Source: Camelus dromedarius
Lineage: Eukaryota
Direction of reading: 5' to 3'
Assembly (NCBI RefSeq): GCF_036321535.1
Contig: NC_087436.1
Span: 95,606,001 to 95,670,000 of the forward strand
Length of the DNA: 64,000 nucleotides
The notes below the pieces were generated by a model. That model did no database searches. It had not been told where the DNA came from and was given only the letters and a program-made list of their open reading frames with translations. Each line of letters begins with the position of its first letter. Within the stretch, counting starts at the first letter, position 1. The position numbers and the translations under genes were made by a program. This document shows positions 26,477 to 40,382 of this stretch, piece after piece.

Positions 26477-26640
26477 TGCTTCTCAAACTTGACTGAATAT
26501 CCAAATCGCTGAGGGGGAGGGCGGGAGTTGGTCTTATCTAAATGTAGATTATGATTCAGGAGGTCTTGAGAGCCCTGAGATTCTGCATTTCTAAGAAGCT
26601 CCCAGGTAATGCTACTGGTCCAAGGATTACTCTAGTAGCT
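26477..26640. mobile_element. MER5-type DNA transposon
   Basis: gtgcttctcaaacttga..ccctgagattctgcatttctaagaagctcccaggtaatgct. Confidence 0.75.
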
Positions 26641-27559
26641 AGGTGCTAGGTGACCTGAAGTTCTCAGCTTCCCTATGTCTTAGTTTTTCTAATCTGTAAA
26701 ATGGGATTCCAAGGGCTGGAGAAACATGGATATGAATTCATCTGTAGCACATTCTGACCTGATCACACTACTGATACTTGCTTATTGAATGAGGATCCCA
26801 GGAGATGCCAAACTGCTATTCCTTATATCCAATTAGTATTTTCTTCACCTGGTTAAAGAATTTTGTAAAAACCCTTTTCTTACTTCAGGTTTTGTACAAT
26901 TATTAACCAGACAACACTTCTTAAAGTAGGATATATGATGCAAAGGAACAGAATTATTTAAAATACTGAAGTTCTTCAGCTGAAAATTCAAAAGCTGTTG
27001 GTAGCTTGTGATTTTGGAGGTTAAGTGACCTACAGATACGTGTCATAATCCATGAGCCAAGGCAGGGCCTGGGTTTGCTGATTTCCTAACTCAGTGACAA
27101 GCATTGGCTCTCATACAGCTTTCTTGCTATAATTAGCTTTCAGGTTAAACAGCATATCATTCATCTCAAAATTGCAAAATGTATACTTGCAATCAGACAG
27201 ATGTTAAATTAAGAGGCTTCATGACTAACCATGAAATTCACCCCTGTACTTTGACATCTCGGTTTCCCACAGCATCTCACCCAGAGCCTGAGTCAGGGTG
27301 TGAAGGAAATTTTTGAAAAAGCACCCAGGTGCAGGCAAACTGAGATGTGGGTGGGGTTCTTCTCAGATCTGAAAGCAATGGCAAAACAGAAGCAAATTCA
27401 GGCCAAGCAGATTTAGTCACTTTTATGAAGGGAAATTATATATTTCAATGATTGATTCATCAGAACTATTCTCTTTGAGAATTCCTTGTTAATATCATTC
27501 TTTTCTTACCTTTAGGACATCTTGGATCTTTTTGTTTGTTTTTACTTTAAAATTTTTTA

Positions 27560-27770
27560 TGTACAATTTTTAAATTTATTTTTTATTGAGGGATAGTTAA
27601 TATAGAATATTATATAAGTTGCAGGTGGACAATATAGTGATTCATAATTTTTTAAAGTTATACTCCATCTATAGTTATTATAACATGTTGGCTATATTCC
27701 CTGTGTTGTACAGTATAGCCTTGCAGCTTATTTTATACATAATAGTTCGTACGTCTTAATCCCCTATTTG
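27560..27770 (-). mobile_element. L1 3' end fragment
   Basis: ttggctatattccctgtgttgtacagtat..cttaatcccct. Confidence 0.75.
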
Positions 27771-27790
27771 AGATGTTTTTAAAAACTCCC

Positions 27791-27911
27791 GTTTTTTTTT
27801 TCTTTTTTCTTTTTCTTTTTTTTCAATTGAAGCACAGTCAGTTATAATGTGTCAATTTCTGGTGTAGAGCACAATGTCCCAGTTATGCATATACATATAT
27901 ATATATTCGTG
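27791..27911 (-). mobile_element. Very short L1 3' end with T-rich tail and TSD
   Basis: gtcagttataatgtgtcaatttctggtgtagagcacaatg; TSD AAAACTCCC at 27782-27790 and 27912-27920. Confidence 0.8.
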
Positions 27912-27976
27912 AAAACTCCCATTTCTTAATTTGTGCCTGATCACTCCTTCATCCAATTTATACTCAGAATTAATTC

Positions 27977-28070
27977 TTTTTTTTTTCTTCAATGGGAGTA
28001 CTAGGGATTGATCCCAGGACTTCATGCATGCTAAGCACGTCCTCTACCACTGAGTTGTACCCACTCTTCC
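27977..28070 (-). mobile_element. tRNA-derived SINE (camelid Vic-1-like)
   Basis: Reverse complement has A-box-like ACAACTCAGTGG, B-box-like GGATCAATCC and an A-tail; candidate TSD AAT(T/C)AATTCTT. Confidence 0.85.
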
Positions 28071-30869
28071 TACCAAATCAATTCTTGACAATTGTGTGGT
28101 ATGAGAGTGAGGACAAATTTTATGTACTTCGGGGAGAAGGCATCATCCTTCCTCATGTATTGAGTTCCTACTATGTGCTAGGTGCCCTGATGGGCCCTGA
28201 ACGAACAAGGGTGAGTACAGCAGATGTATGTTCTGCCTTCTTGGACTATGCAAGTAAACAAACCAATAAGAACATGACTTGAACAGTGTGCTCTGAAGCA
28301 AATGGACAGGTTCAGTGCTCAAGACAACAGGGTAGGGGAGGGGTTCTGCTTTATTAGACGAGCCTGAAGGATCTCACTCAGATCTGGTTTAGCACTGAAA
28401 CCAGAACTGAGGAATGAGCAGAGGCCACTGTGCAAAGTGCAGGGAAAGTGTTCTTGGCAAGGGAACAGCATGTACAAAGGCCTGGAGTGTTCAAGAAACT
28501 GGAGCGGGTGAGTTTGTGCTTCTTAATATCCCAAACTAACTTCCTGAGAACCTTAATGTTCCTCTGTAGGAAAACAATCAAAACATAGTACATAGAGATA
28601 TTATCTAGAGGAGTTATGTGATGTGATGGTTAGGGGCACAAACCCTAAAGACAACTGATTCCTGGCTCTGCTGCTCACTCTGTGTATCCTTATACAGATC
28701 ATTAAATCTCCCCAGGCCTCAGTTTCCTCGTCTGTAAGGCTGAGAACAGTAATAGTCCTCACATCACAGGGTTGTCATGAGAACAAAATGATGAATAAGT
28801 TAATACTTGTCTGGCGCATAGTAAGTGCTTTATAAGCGCTAGCTTTTCTTCTGGGAAATCTATTGGAATATAAGAGAAGTGAGAGAGGAGCTGACATGGT
28901 GCCAAGACAAAGTGCTACAAAAGCACAGAGGCAGGAAAGAGCATCTCCACTGGGGAACATCAGCAGAAACAATCATGGCGGAGGTAGCTGTTGAACTGGA
29001 TTTTGAAGGATGGAGAGAAGTGCATGCCCTAGAGGCGGGGAAGGCAAAAATCAGCCAGCTGGGGCTCTTTCTCAGCCCCTCTTTTCCTTCATCTTTCGCA
29101 TCCAATTGATCATCAAGTCCTTTCTCCGATCACCCACCACTGCCTTTGTTCAAGCTCTTCAAGGGTCTTGTCTGGACCACTGCAATGACAATCGCCTCAT
29201 CCAGTGGGCCTCCCTTCAAACTCATGCACACCCCTGTGGTGCACTTCATACATCAGTACATGGAAATTGTCTTCCCAGGAGATGGGGCCTGCTCCCTAGG
29301 TTTTTAATCAGTGCCTGTTGAGCTGAACTGCTGTTCACTCCTGTTCCCCCCTGCATCTGCCTGGGTTCAGCCAGGGTTAAAGAAGCCATTGTAGGTGTTC
29401 CCAAAAAATGGGAATCGAACACAGGGGATTGATTTGCAAAAGAAGAGCTGAGAGGCCAACAGGAGGTCTTAGGAAACTCAAAGATTGGCATCTGCAGGAA
29501 GCTGCCTGCACTCCTGGTTGGGGGAGGAGGTGGGGTGGCCAGAGCCCAGAGGTGGCACTGTGTGACCAGGGCTGGCATAAGGCAGGCGCTGAAAGGTCTT
29601 CAGGGGCTTTCCTCCCACGGAGGAAGTGGAGAAATGCAGCCTCTAAAGGAGGTGCTGTCAGAGGCTGAAGGAGTGGAAATACCCTGGCTTCGCCCCTTCT
29701 CGCTCCCTGCCAGGCTTCTGCCAGTGCCTTCCAAGGGCCCCAACTGTCTGGAAGCCAAACACAGGAGCCTGGGAAACGCAGCTGCCTGGGACCCAGTGCA
29801 GCACCCAGGGGGTGGGGAGTAGCACTGGGAGCCAGTAGGCAGTCTACAGGCATCCCTGCGATTCTTCCCTGGCGCCTGCTCTTTCTAAAATGCAGATCTG
29901 ACCTTGCCGTCCCTCCAGCTCCCCGAGAGGTCATCCGAGCAGCTCCTTGACATGTGCAGGGTAAAAAGCAAACTCTACAGGGATAACGCATAACCCTGCG
30001 AATGGCTGATCAGAGAGGACCTCGTGAGAACACCGCCCCGCAGCACCCTAGGTAAGACCCAAGGCCCGGCCAGGGACAGAGGGCCCTGCTCACCTCTCCC
30101 GGGAGTTGAACAGGCCTGACACCTGAGGCTTGTCCTGTCGGGAGTGTTCTCCAGTGTTATCACCATGAAAAACAGGAAGTATTCAAAGCATGTTCGAAGT
30201 GCTTTTGATACTTTTTAAGGTGCTTTCAGAAGCATCGTCTAATTCTATCCTCACAACGACAGGTAGGAGGGACATCATTATATCTTACTGACTTAACGCA
30301 TGAGCACAGGAGGCCCAGGAATGTGAGCTGATATGATTGGAGCTCAGTCCAGGCCAGCGATGGAATGACCCCCAAACCCGGGTCCCCTTTCTCCTGGTCA
30401 GAGGGTCTTTCCAGACCCGTGAGACCAAGCCTGGAGTCTCAAGCCTCTAAATGTCCTTAAAATCAGGACAGGACCTCTACCAAAGGTTTTCAGTGCACAA
30501 AATGTTGATCAGAATTCTCACATTTGCTAAATTAAATGTGAGGTTGATTTTTTTTTCCCCATTGAACTTCAGGCTCCTTAGTTGGGTAACTAAAGTTATC
30601 TGTGAGAAAAATGAATTATTAACTAACAAACTAAGTTTATTTGTTTAAAAAAAAAAAAAGATAAGGTCCAACACATGAGACATGAGGCAGGTGAGTTGGG
30701 GGCCTGGAAACTAGGATGTTACTGTTCTACACGATCCCCTTTCTCTGTGTGCAGCCGCTCATGAGTCCTCTTATGCTTTGTGTCTCAGCTAGAAATTTTC
30801 TGTTAAGAGGGAGCAAGGTGAGGAAGGTTGTGAAATGGGGATGGGATAAAGAGAATTTTAAAATAAACT

Positions 30870-32560
30870 TACAGAAATCGGTGCAAAGTCTCTGCAGGGA
30901 GATTTGATGACAACTCTATCATAAACCCTAAAAATATTTCTTTCCTTTGAGCCAGCACTGCCATGCCTAGATATTTATCCTAAAGAAATAAATCACGGTT
31001 ATCCACAAATATACATATAAGAATGCTTATTGTAGCTCTAGTTACAAAAGTAACAAATTACATATACCCTAAGTGTCTAATAATAGAGAATTCATTAAAT
31101 AATCTGTAGAACTTTCATACGATAGAATGCTCTGTGCCTGTGGGAAGTGGTAGTGTGGAAGATACATGTAAAGATGTTAAGAAATCAAACGAGCTACAAA
31201 ACTTTATATAAAAAAAGTATGTCCATCAAGTTGTTAACACTGACAATCTGTAGGTGCTGTAATTACAGTTGATTAATTTTGTCTTATTTATTAATGTATT
31301 TTCTAAAATTTCTATACTAAATTTGATTTATCTCTTTAAAAATGTTAAATACATCTATTGATGTTATGGGAAAGTTGGATAATTTTAATCAGATTTATTA
31401 AGGTATATTCTGTATATACAAAAAAAATTAAGTTCAATATATAGTCCTATAAGTTTTGACAAACATGCAACACAATCAAGACAAAGTTTTCCATCACCCC
31501 AAACAAGTTCCCTTGAGTCTCTCTGTAATCAGTCCTTTCTCCACTCTCAAACACTGATCTGTTCTATCATATAAAATGAATCATATCATGTGAAACCTTT
31601 TGAATCTAACTCCTTTTAACTTAGCATCAAATTTTAAAATTAGTTCATACCCTTGCATGAATGAGTAGTTCATGGTATGGATGGAGCACAATTTGTATAT
31701 CCATTCATGAGCTGATAGACACTGGTTGGTTGTTAATTTTGAGCTATTATGAAGAAGGTTGCTATAGATATTCTCAGACAGGGTTTGGTGTGGACATATG
31801 TTTTCATTTCATACACATTTCATAAATACTTAGAAGTGGGATCTCTGGGTTACACAGTAAGTGTATGTTTAGCTTTATAAAAATAGCCAAACTGTTTCCC
31901 AAAGTGGCTGCACCATTCCAAGCCTCACCAACACTTGTATTGCTAAGTTCTTTTGTTTGTCTGTTCATTTTTAAAAAAAATTTTTAAAGCCATTCTGATA
32001 GGTATGTAGTGGTATCTTACGGTTTTAATTTGCATTTCTTTAATGATTAATGACATTGGGTGTCTTTTCATATACTTATTTGCATCTGTATCTCTTCTTT
32101 AGTGAGAAGTTTGAATCTTTCACTTGTTTTTGGAGGGGTTGATTTCTTATTACTCAGTTACAGGAGCTTTTTATTTGTTCTAGATACAGCTCCCTTATCA
32201 ATATGCAATTAGTAAATAGTTTTCCCAGTTTGTGGCTCATCTTTTAACAATATTTTAAAACAAATTATTTTAGTGAAGCTCAACTTACAAATTTTTATGA
32301 ATTGTGCTTTTCTATAGTATCTAAGAAGTCGTGCCCTAATCCAAGGTCAAAGATTTTCTCCCATGTTCTCTTTTAGAGTTTTGCAGCTTTAGGCTTGACA
32401 TTTAGGGCTTTAGTCAGATAGGCGTTTGCAAATATTTTCTCCCAATTTGTGCCCTGTTTTTCCATGTTTGCCATATCTTTTAGAGAGAAAATTTTTTACT
32501 TTTGATGAAGTAAAATTAACCAGTTTTTATTGTTCATGTGAATGTTTCCACTTTTATATT
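30870..32560. mobile_element. Old L1M fragments (~30870-31330 +; ~31380-32560 -)
   Basis: ccaaactgtttcccaaagtggctgcaccatt; gtggtatcttacggttttaatttgcatttc; tttgcaaatattttctccca. Confidence 0.8.
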
Positions 32561-34439
32561 TTTTAAAAAACCTTTATTCTGTCTTTCCCTCCCACTCTAC
32601 CTCCTTTCTTTCCTTTCTCATCCCTCCTTCCTTTCTTCCCTCTCAGAGAAAGGCCTCAGAGATGTGCAGAGGGCAGTAAAAGATAATGGTCCATGAAAAC
32701 CACTTCCTCTTCAGGGCTTCTGCACACTGTGGTTCTCAGGCATAGGGAGGGAGAGGAGCAAACCGAGTGGATAAAATCATAGAACAATACAGATGGCAGC
32801 CTTGTGCTTAAGGGGATTATGAAACCCACACACTTCACGGCCACTCTGCAAAGGTGAGGTGGGCACACATGTTTTCTCTTGTGTCTCAAAATTTAAAGGA
32901 AGTAGGGATTGCTCTGTGGAAAAACATGAATGCAAATAAACTCATTATTAATTGGCTTTCAAGGGCATATTTTAACATTTTCAATTCAAAAATTTGACTC
33001 TGGAGGTTAGTTGAAACCTTGGTGTGTGTAGCCCACTTTCCAGGGTATGAGAGGTGTTCGGACAAGTATCTTATTTCATAGATTAAAAAGGCCAGGGCCA
33101 CTTCACAAGTGTTTTATGACTTGCAAGAATTTGAGGTCTTAAACTGACCTCCATTTTACATAGTGTTTCATATGAGTTAAGGGCCAATAAAAAAATGAAA
33201 AGTATAGTGTGTCTGAACAAAAATATTTAAAATCAATCAGGAACTGACTGAGAGAAAAATCAAAATCGGGGGGAAAAAAACCCCTTATCCCTATGCTATT
33301 CAAAGAGGAAAAACTTGAAATCAAGCATAAATTTTCATAGCACTCACGTTTTGGGAATCACAGTATTCCTCTCTGTCCCCACATTTGTCTCAGACTTGGG
33401 ATTGGCAAAATGAAAGTCGGGCTTTGAAAGGAAATTAACTTCCAAATTCTCTTTCCACTCCCCATGTGTGAACAGAGACTACCTCAGGACCCCTGGGCAA
33501 ACAAAGAAATCAAGACACTGAAGTATAAGGTGGAAAATGGTTTTGTGAGCATTGGTGTCGATGGTTAGAACAAATGTCTTCTCCTTTTTGTTGGACTGTA
33601 CTCTTTTTTGACACCTAGAAATAAAGAGTGGAGGGTAGAGGAAGGGAAGGATCAGTGACATCCAACATGGTCTCCAAACCAGTGAAGTGTAACACAGTTT
33701 GCTGCCTGTTTCTCTAGGAAGCTTTTGGAGTCTTAGGAAGGGATGCAATGTATGACAATTCACATTTCTTTCTGAATGCCCAGAACAAAGAAACCTTGAG
33801 ACAGGACATGAGCCAAATCCACAGGTGTGGGAGGCATCCAGGCCTTGATGATGACACCTCCTTATGGACCTTTTAATGACAGGACTCTAAGAATTTTTAT
33901 AGAAGGACAAAGGCACAGACCAGGCTTTCCTTGGAATTCTGTTGTCCGCACAGCTGCTGCTTGGCACTTACTGCCTTGAGTTATGGTTAGCTGTCCTCAT
34001 GGAAATGCCTTTTTCCTCCTGGCTAAATCTTAAGTTCCCTGAGGGCAAGAACCCCCACAGTAAGCACAGTAAAGTCTTGTATACAATAGGAATGCAATAA
34101 ATATTTACTAATCGACATTTATTGATACATATACAAGGGCATATACAGCTACTAGAAATATTCTGGAAATATCCTCAGACAACTCCTAGAATAACAAAAT
34201 ATTTGGACTCCTTCCATGATGGATTTTTTTTTTACATAGAATTTAAAAATTTAAGTACTTGTTGCAATGTTATCACAAGTGTAATTTTCAGTTTCCTTTA
34301 CAACTCATTAAGTCTAACCAAAAACCAATTTAAACTTTTACATTTATATCCATCCTTCAAGCCATCAAATAAAAGGTGTTGTTAACCTGATGTGTTCATA
34401 CATGTAAGGTGATTAGAACAGTGCCTGTGTGTTATGTCT

Positions 34440-35140
34440 GTTAGCAGTTGTACTGAAGGTACCTATAGCTGATTAGATTATTGTTCATAGCCCTTTACTC
34501 TCTCCCTGTAATGGAATTAAATGTCCACACTCTGCCATGTGGCTTTGCTGTGCCTTCCAGAGTAGCTGTGAACACAATGTAAAAGTATGTGTGTGTGTAC
34601 GTAACCATGTCTGAAACATAATATGTGCTCATCAAGAGTTTGTTGGATGAATAAATGCCTAAACCTAAGAGAAAAAGAACCCTCCCTCTACATCATATAT
34701 ATATCAGTACTATGACCATATCCTTTTCTTTGAAGGATATGTATTAGTTAACTATTGTTGTGATAATAGTATATAACAAACACTACATATAATAGTGTAT
34801 ATATATATACACTATATATATATATCTCCCCTGCCTAACTTTGGGCTTTATGACTTACTTTGGCCAAAAAATGTTATCAGATATGATGCAAGCAGAGGCT
34901 TTAAATATGCTTCTATAGCTTGGTTTGGCCTCTTAATTTTCTAGATCTATCATGAACAGTATATGCCTCTGACTGAGCGATCTCATGCAACAGATTCAGG
35001 GAGCAGACTTGAACCCAGACTAAAGTAGAGCCACCCAGTCAACCCACAGACCCATGACTCAAAGATCCTGATGCTATAGATCACTAAGGGTTTTAGAGTT
35101 GTTTGTTATACACTATTATCATAACAACAGCTGACTAATA
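34440..35140. mobile_element. MaLR LTR pieces (MLT1-like) with intervening fragments
   Basis: tgacttactttggccaa..gatgcaagcagaggcttt..gttgtttgttatacac..gctgactaataca. Confidence 0.6.
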
Positions 35141-35899
35141 CATAACCATCAAAGAAAAGGACATGGTCATGGTATTGAGATACTATAAGACATAGGTATA
35201 GATGAGATAGACTTTTATTCTCAAGTTTAGGCATTTATTCATTCAACAAATTCTTAATGAGCACTTACGTTCCAGACATGGTGATAGGGATTTAAAACTA
35301 ACACTATTAAGAGAAAGGGGCCTAAATAATGCAGAAGATTGATTCAGCTTGTTCTTCCTTCCCTAGTGACTGGATGTTCAAATCCTCCCCTGCCATCTCA
35401 CTCTCCAAACACCTAAATCCCCATATCCACTAAATCCACAGCCCTCTCAAATCCCTAAGGGCTGCCTGCCACTTTCCCTAGGCTAAGAATGGAAACTCCA
35501 CAGTCTCCTGCCTCTTCTCAAGCATCTGAGGCTGACTGTGATATTAGCCTCATTTGGGGAACTGCAGGGCACATGGGTGCTGCATGTCCAACTACTGCTT
35601 TCTGTCCTGCCTGCCTGGCAGGACTCAGTATCCACGTTGCCATCTCTCACTCAAAGTGTCCCAGGGCTATAGCCAGAGCATTACTCAAATATCTCCGCAT
35701 TTAGCTCTTAAGAGGCAAAAAATCAACATTCAGCCTGCTGCTTTTTATTTCATCTTCCTCAGGGGGCTTAGCGTGCTCAGACAATGCTTAGGAAGGCCAC
35801 ATCATGAAAACAGGAGCCTAGAGAAAGAGTTTTAAGGGTTGCTGTTGGTACCAACTACACCTGGATCTCAGTGCCTTTCTGGTTGTAAAAACTGTGTGA

Positions 35900-38835
35900 A
35901 AAACAGACTTTAGAACAAGGAATGTTATCAAGGGTAAAGAGAGGCATTACAGAATCATAAAGGGGATCAGTTTACCAGGGAGACATAACAATCCTAAATG
36001 TGTATGCATCTGACAACAGAGCTTCAAAAGACGTGGAACAAATAATAGAACAGAAAGGACAAAAAGACAGACCTTCAATTATAGTTGAAGATTCCAACAC
36101 TCATCTCCCAGTAATCAATAGAATAAGCAGACAGAAAATCAGTAAGGCTAGAGAGGACCTGAATAACACTATCAACCAACTTGACCCAACTGACATCTGT
36201 AGAAGACTCCAAAATGTCAGAATACACATTCCTTTGAAGTACACATGGAGCCTTCATCAAGGTAAAGGTAAACAATGTACTTGGCCATAAAACACATTTC
36301 AACAAAGTTTTTCAATTGAAATCATGCAAAGGGTTTCTAAGACCACAATGGAATTAAATTAGAAATCAACATTAGAAATATGTCAGGAAAATTCCCAAAT
36401 ATTTGGAAATTTTAAAACATACTTCTAAATAACTCAGATCAGATAGGAATTCACAAGGGACATTAAAAACTATTTTGAGTTGAATGAAAATAAAAATAAA
36501 GCTGATAAAAATTTGTAGGATGCAACCAAAGCAGAGAGTAGAGGGAAATTTATAAGATTAAGTGCTTATATTAGAAATTAAAAGATAGAAATCAATTATC
36601 TAAGTGTTCACCTAAGTAAACTATAAAAAGAATAACAAATTAAACCCAAAGCAAGCAGAAGGAAGGAAATGATAAAGATAAGATCAGAAACCAAAAAAAA
36701 AAAAAAAAAAAAGATCAGAAACCAATGAAACCAAAAACTGATTCTTTGTAAAAATCAATGAAATTAATAAGCATCTAGCTGGATAGATCAGGAAAAAGAG
36801 ACAAGACACAAATGACCAACATCAGAAACAGCAGAAGTTGTATCACTAGAGCTACTACAGACAGTAAATGTAGTATAAGAGAAATTATGAAAAGCTCTGT
36901 GGCAATAAATTTGACAGCTTAGATAAAACGGACAAGTTCCTTTAAAAGCACAAACTACCAACACTCACCAAATATAACCTCAAAAGCCCTATCCCTATTA
37001 ATGAAATTGAATTTTTAGTTTAAGAGCCTTCCCACAAAGGAAACTCCAAGTCAGTATGGCTTCACTGGAATTCTACCAAACATTTAAGGAAGAAAAATGC
37101 CAATTCTACACAGGCTCTTGCAGAAAATTGAAGAAAAGGAAATACATCCGAACTCATTCTATAAGGGCCAGCATTACCCTGACACCAAAACCAGACAAAT
37201 ATATTTTAAGAAGAGAAAACTACAGACTAAGATCCCTCACAAAGAGAGATACAAAAATTCTACACAGACTTTAGTAAGTCAATTCCAACAATATAAAAAC
37301 CTCATAACTGAGCGGAGGTTAGCCTAGGAAGACATGATGGGTTTAACATTTGAAACTTACCATACTGAAAAAAAAAGAAAGGAAAACCATGCAAGCATCT
37401 CAATAGACTCAGGAAAAACACTTTATCAACTCTGACACCCATTCCTGGCAAAAATTCCCAGAAACCAGAAACCTCCTCAACTTGACAAAGAGCAGCTATG
37501 AAAAACCTACAGCTGACACCATACATAATGATGAAATATCAAACGTGTTCTCCTTAAGATTAGGAAAAAAACAAGGATGTCCACTCTCACTACTTCTATT
37601 CAACATGCTACATGAGCATTCTAGCCAGTGAAGTTAAGCAAGAAAAAGAAATAAAGGATTTATACCCAGAACACATAAAAAAATTCTCAAAACTCTGTAA
37701 TAAGAAAACAAAAACCCAATTTTAAAAAGTGGACAAATGATTTGAACCAACACTATCAAAAGGACCTACGAATGGCAAATGAGCACATGAAAAGATGTTC
37801 AACATCGTTAGTAGTGAGGGAAATAAAAATTAAAACCATAATGAGATACACACATCTTAGAATGGGAAAAATAAAATAACTGTCAATATCTAGTGCTGGT
37901 GAGGACGCAGAGCAAGCAGAGCTCTCATGCGTCACTGGCAGGCATGCAAAATGTACAGCACTTCAAAAAAAAGTTTGGCAGTTTCTAATCAATTTACTTA
38001 CTGTATACTTGCCATGTGACTCAAGAATTTCACTCTTAGATCTTCATCCCAGAGAAAAGAAAGCATAAGTATGTGAATAGTCACAGCAGCTTTATTTTTC
38101 ATAGTCAAAAACTTGAAATGGCCCAAATGGCTATTACCTGGTTAAACAAATTACAGCTGTACAATGGAGAACCACTCACCAGTAAAAAGAGACCAACTCC
38201 TGATACATGCAACAACATGGATAAATATCAAATGTATTATGAAACGTGACTCAAGCCAGATTCAAAAAGCCACACCCTGCACTTTCCATTATATGATGCC
38301 ATGGACTGAATGTTTGTGTCCCCTAAATTCATATGTTAAACCCAACCTCCAATGTGATGGTATTTGGAGCTGGGCCTTTTGAGAAGTGATTAGACCATGA
38401 GGGTGGAGTGCTCATGAATGAGATTAGTGCCCCTATAAAAGAGATCTCAGAGAGCTCCCTATCCCTTCCACTGAGTGAGGACACAGCAAGGTGCCGGCCA
38501 TCTATGAACCAAGAAATGGTCTCTTGCCAGACACTGAATCTGCTGGTGCCTTAATCTTGGACTTTCCAGCCTTTTGAACTGTGAGGAAACAAATTTATGT
38601 TCTTTTTAAGCTACCTGATTTATTTGTTAAAACAACACTGAATGAACTAAGACTTGTGATGATCTGAAAAAGGTAAAATGACATAAGGACAAAAAACAGA
38701 CCAAGGGTTGCTGGATGGGGTAAGGAGAGGGGATGATTACAAATGGGAATGAAGGAATATTTTGTGGAGTGATGGAAATGTTCTGTGTCTCAACTGTGGT
38801 GGTTACCTGCCTGTATGCACTTGTCAATACTAATA
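35900..38835 (+). mobile_element. Old L1M (ORF2 EN-RT fragments + 3' end) with internal deletions
   Basis: ORF 36000-36290 (YASDNRASK..DLNNTINQLDPTDI); ORF 37056 (EFYQTFKEE..ASITLTPKPDK..ENYR). Confidence 0.88.
38297..38635 (+). mobile_element. MaLR solo LTR (MLT1A-like) nested in old L1
   Basis: ggactgaatgtttgtgtcccc..aattcatatgtt..tgagggtggag..gccagacactgaatctgctggtgccttaatcttggactt. Confidence 0.85.
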
Positions 38836-38942
38836 GAAGGGAGGAAGGAAGGAAGGAAGGAAAGAAGGAAGGAAGGAAGGAAGGAAGGAAGGAAGGAAGG
38901 AAGGAAGGAAGGAAGGAAGAAAAGAAAGAAAGAAAGAAAGAA

Positions 38943-39022
<80 letters not shown>

Positions 39023-39060
39023 GAAAGAGAGAAAGAAAGAGAGAAAGGGAAAGAAAGAAA
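38836..39060. repeat. Compound (GGAA)n-(GAAA)n purine microsatellite, probably derived from an L1 tail
   Basis: ~225 bp of pure purine at the 3' end of the old L1. Confidence 0.95.
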
Positions 39061-40327
39061 TGAACACAGGTGGACAGGGCCAAAATTCAACCCATACTCA
39101 AAGAATCTGAATGGTTTCCCTGAGAGTGGCCCATAGGAAGTCTATCAGTGGGACTGCACTGGGATCTGTGCTCCCTTTGTGTCCTTCAGTGTGGTCTAGT
39201 GAAGGAGCACACCCTGGGACCCCGTTGTCAGCTCTGTCATTAAACAGCTGTGTGGCCATGGCCTCATCACCTCCTCTTTCAGTCCTGTTTTCTCGTCTGT
39301 GAAATGCCCCGTGAGGACTATACGCATCAAGCTTAGTCCAGCTCTAAAGTTCTATGATTCTCCCCAAGATTCTTTCCTTGGCTTAGAAAGAATGGTCTCA
39401 GCAGCTCAATTCCAGTCTGTCTAGCTCTAGAGTTTTAAGTGCTTCCACAGACATCAGCTCACTAACCCTCACAAAATCCTGTAAAGTAACTAACTATCCC
39501 TATTTCATTAAGAAATGGAAACCCAGAAAGATGCATTAATCTACTCAGTCACAAAGTTGTCACAAAAGGCAGGACCAATATGCTTATCTTTCGAGTGGCC
39601 CTGTCCCAGCTGTAGGTAGGACCAGCAGTGATTCCAGCTCTGTCTGGTCTCTCCGTCCTCCTTTAGGTTTAGGGATCCTGTGAAAACCTTTTAAGTAGTC
39701 GAGCACTTTTCTAGTCAGATAAGCAAAAAATGGGCCAAACAGGAAAGGTACTCCCATACTGCGATAAAGCCTGGTCTCCAGAGGTCACCACAGATCCAGG
39801 AGCCAAACCAGAATGCACTGCTGCTGGCCCTGGTGCCTCGTCTATGGGAACTCCTTCAGTGATGCTAACATTCAGCGATATCCAGTCCTTCCTGTGTGCC
39901 AGGCACTGTTCTCTGTGTTCTCCGTTGTGTTCTCCCACGTAATCTTCCCAACCAGCAGCGGGGTTCCCATAGTTAACCCTGTGGTATACATGGGGACCCG
40001 AGCTCTGAGAGATGTAAACCCATGATCCATGGCCAGTGCTGCTCCTCCTAGCCATCATCTAAATGTGCACCTTTTAGGATCACAGAGAGTCCTACTTTAC
40101 TGAAAAGAGAAACAAAAGAAGGGAAGGGGTGGGAAAGGGAAGGAAGGAGGAAGAAAGAGCAGCATGACTGGCAGGCAGATACAGATGAAAACAAAATAAG
40201 ATAAGGTGAGAACATTGGCTCATCTATCAAGGCAGATGGTGGTTGCTTAAAAGATTCATGAAAGAAGCAAAGAAAAAGAACAAAGGAGAAGGAGGCAAAG
40301 GGCTGTGGGGGCCCCACCCTATGTCAG

Positions 40328-40334
40328 CACACAA

Positions 40335-40365
<31 letters not shown>

Positions 40366-40382
40366 CACACACACACACACAC
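40328..40382. repeat. (CA)n microsatellite
   Basis: Directly visible. Confidence 0.93.

Noticed and set aside
29377..29991. 204-aa minus-strand ORF, and similar 100-180 aa ORFs at 4763, 12497, 13384, 47224 and 61920
   Set aside because: No recognisable domain or exon structure, often non-ATG starts, and expected by chance in GC-richer DNA.
38627..39110. K/E/R-rich and F/L/S-rich ORFs
   Set aside because: Translations of the GGAA/GAAA microsatellite.
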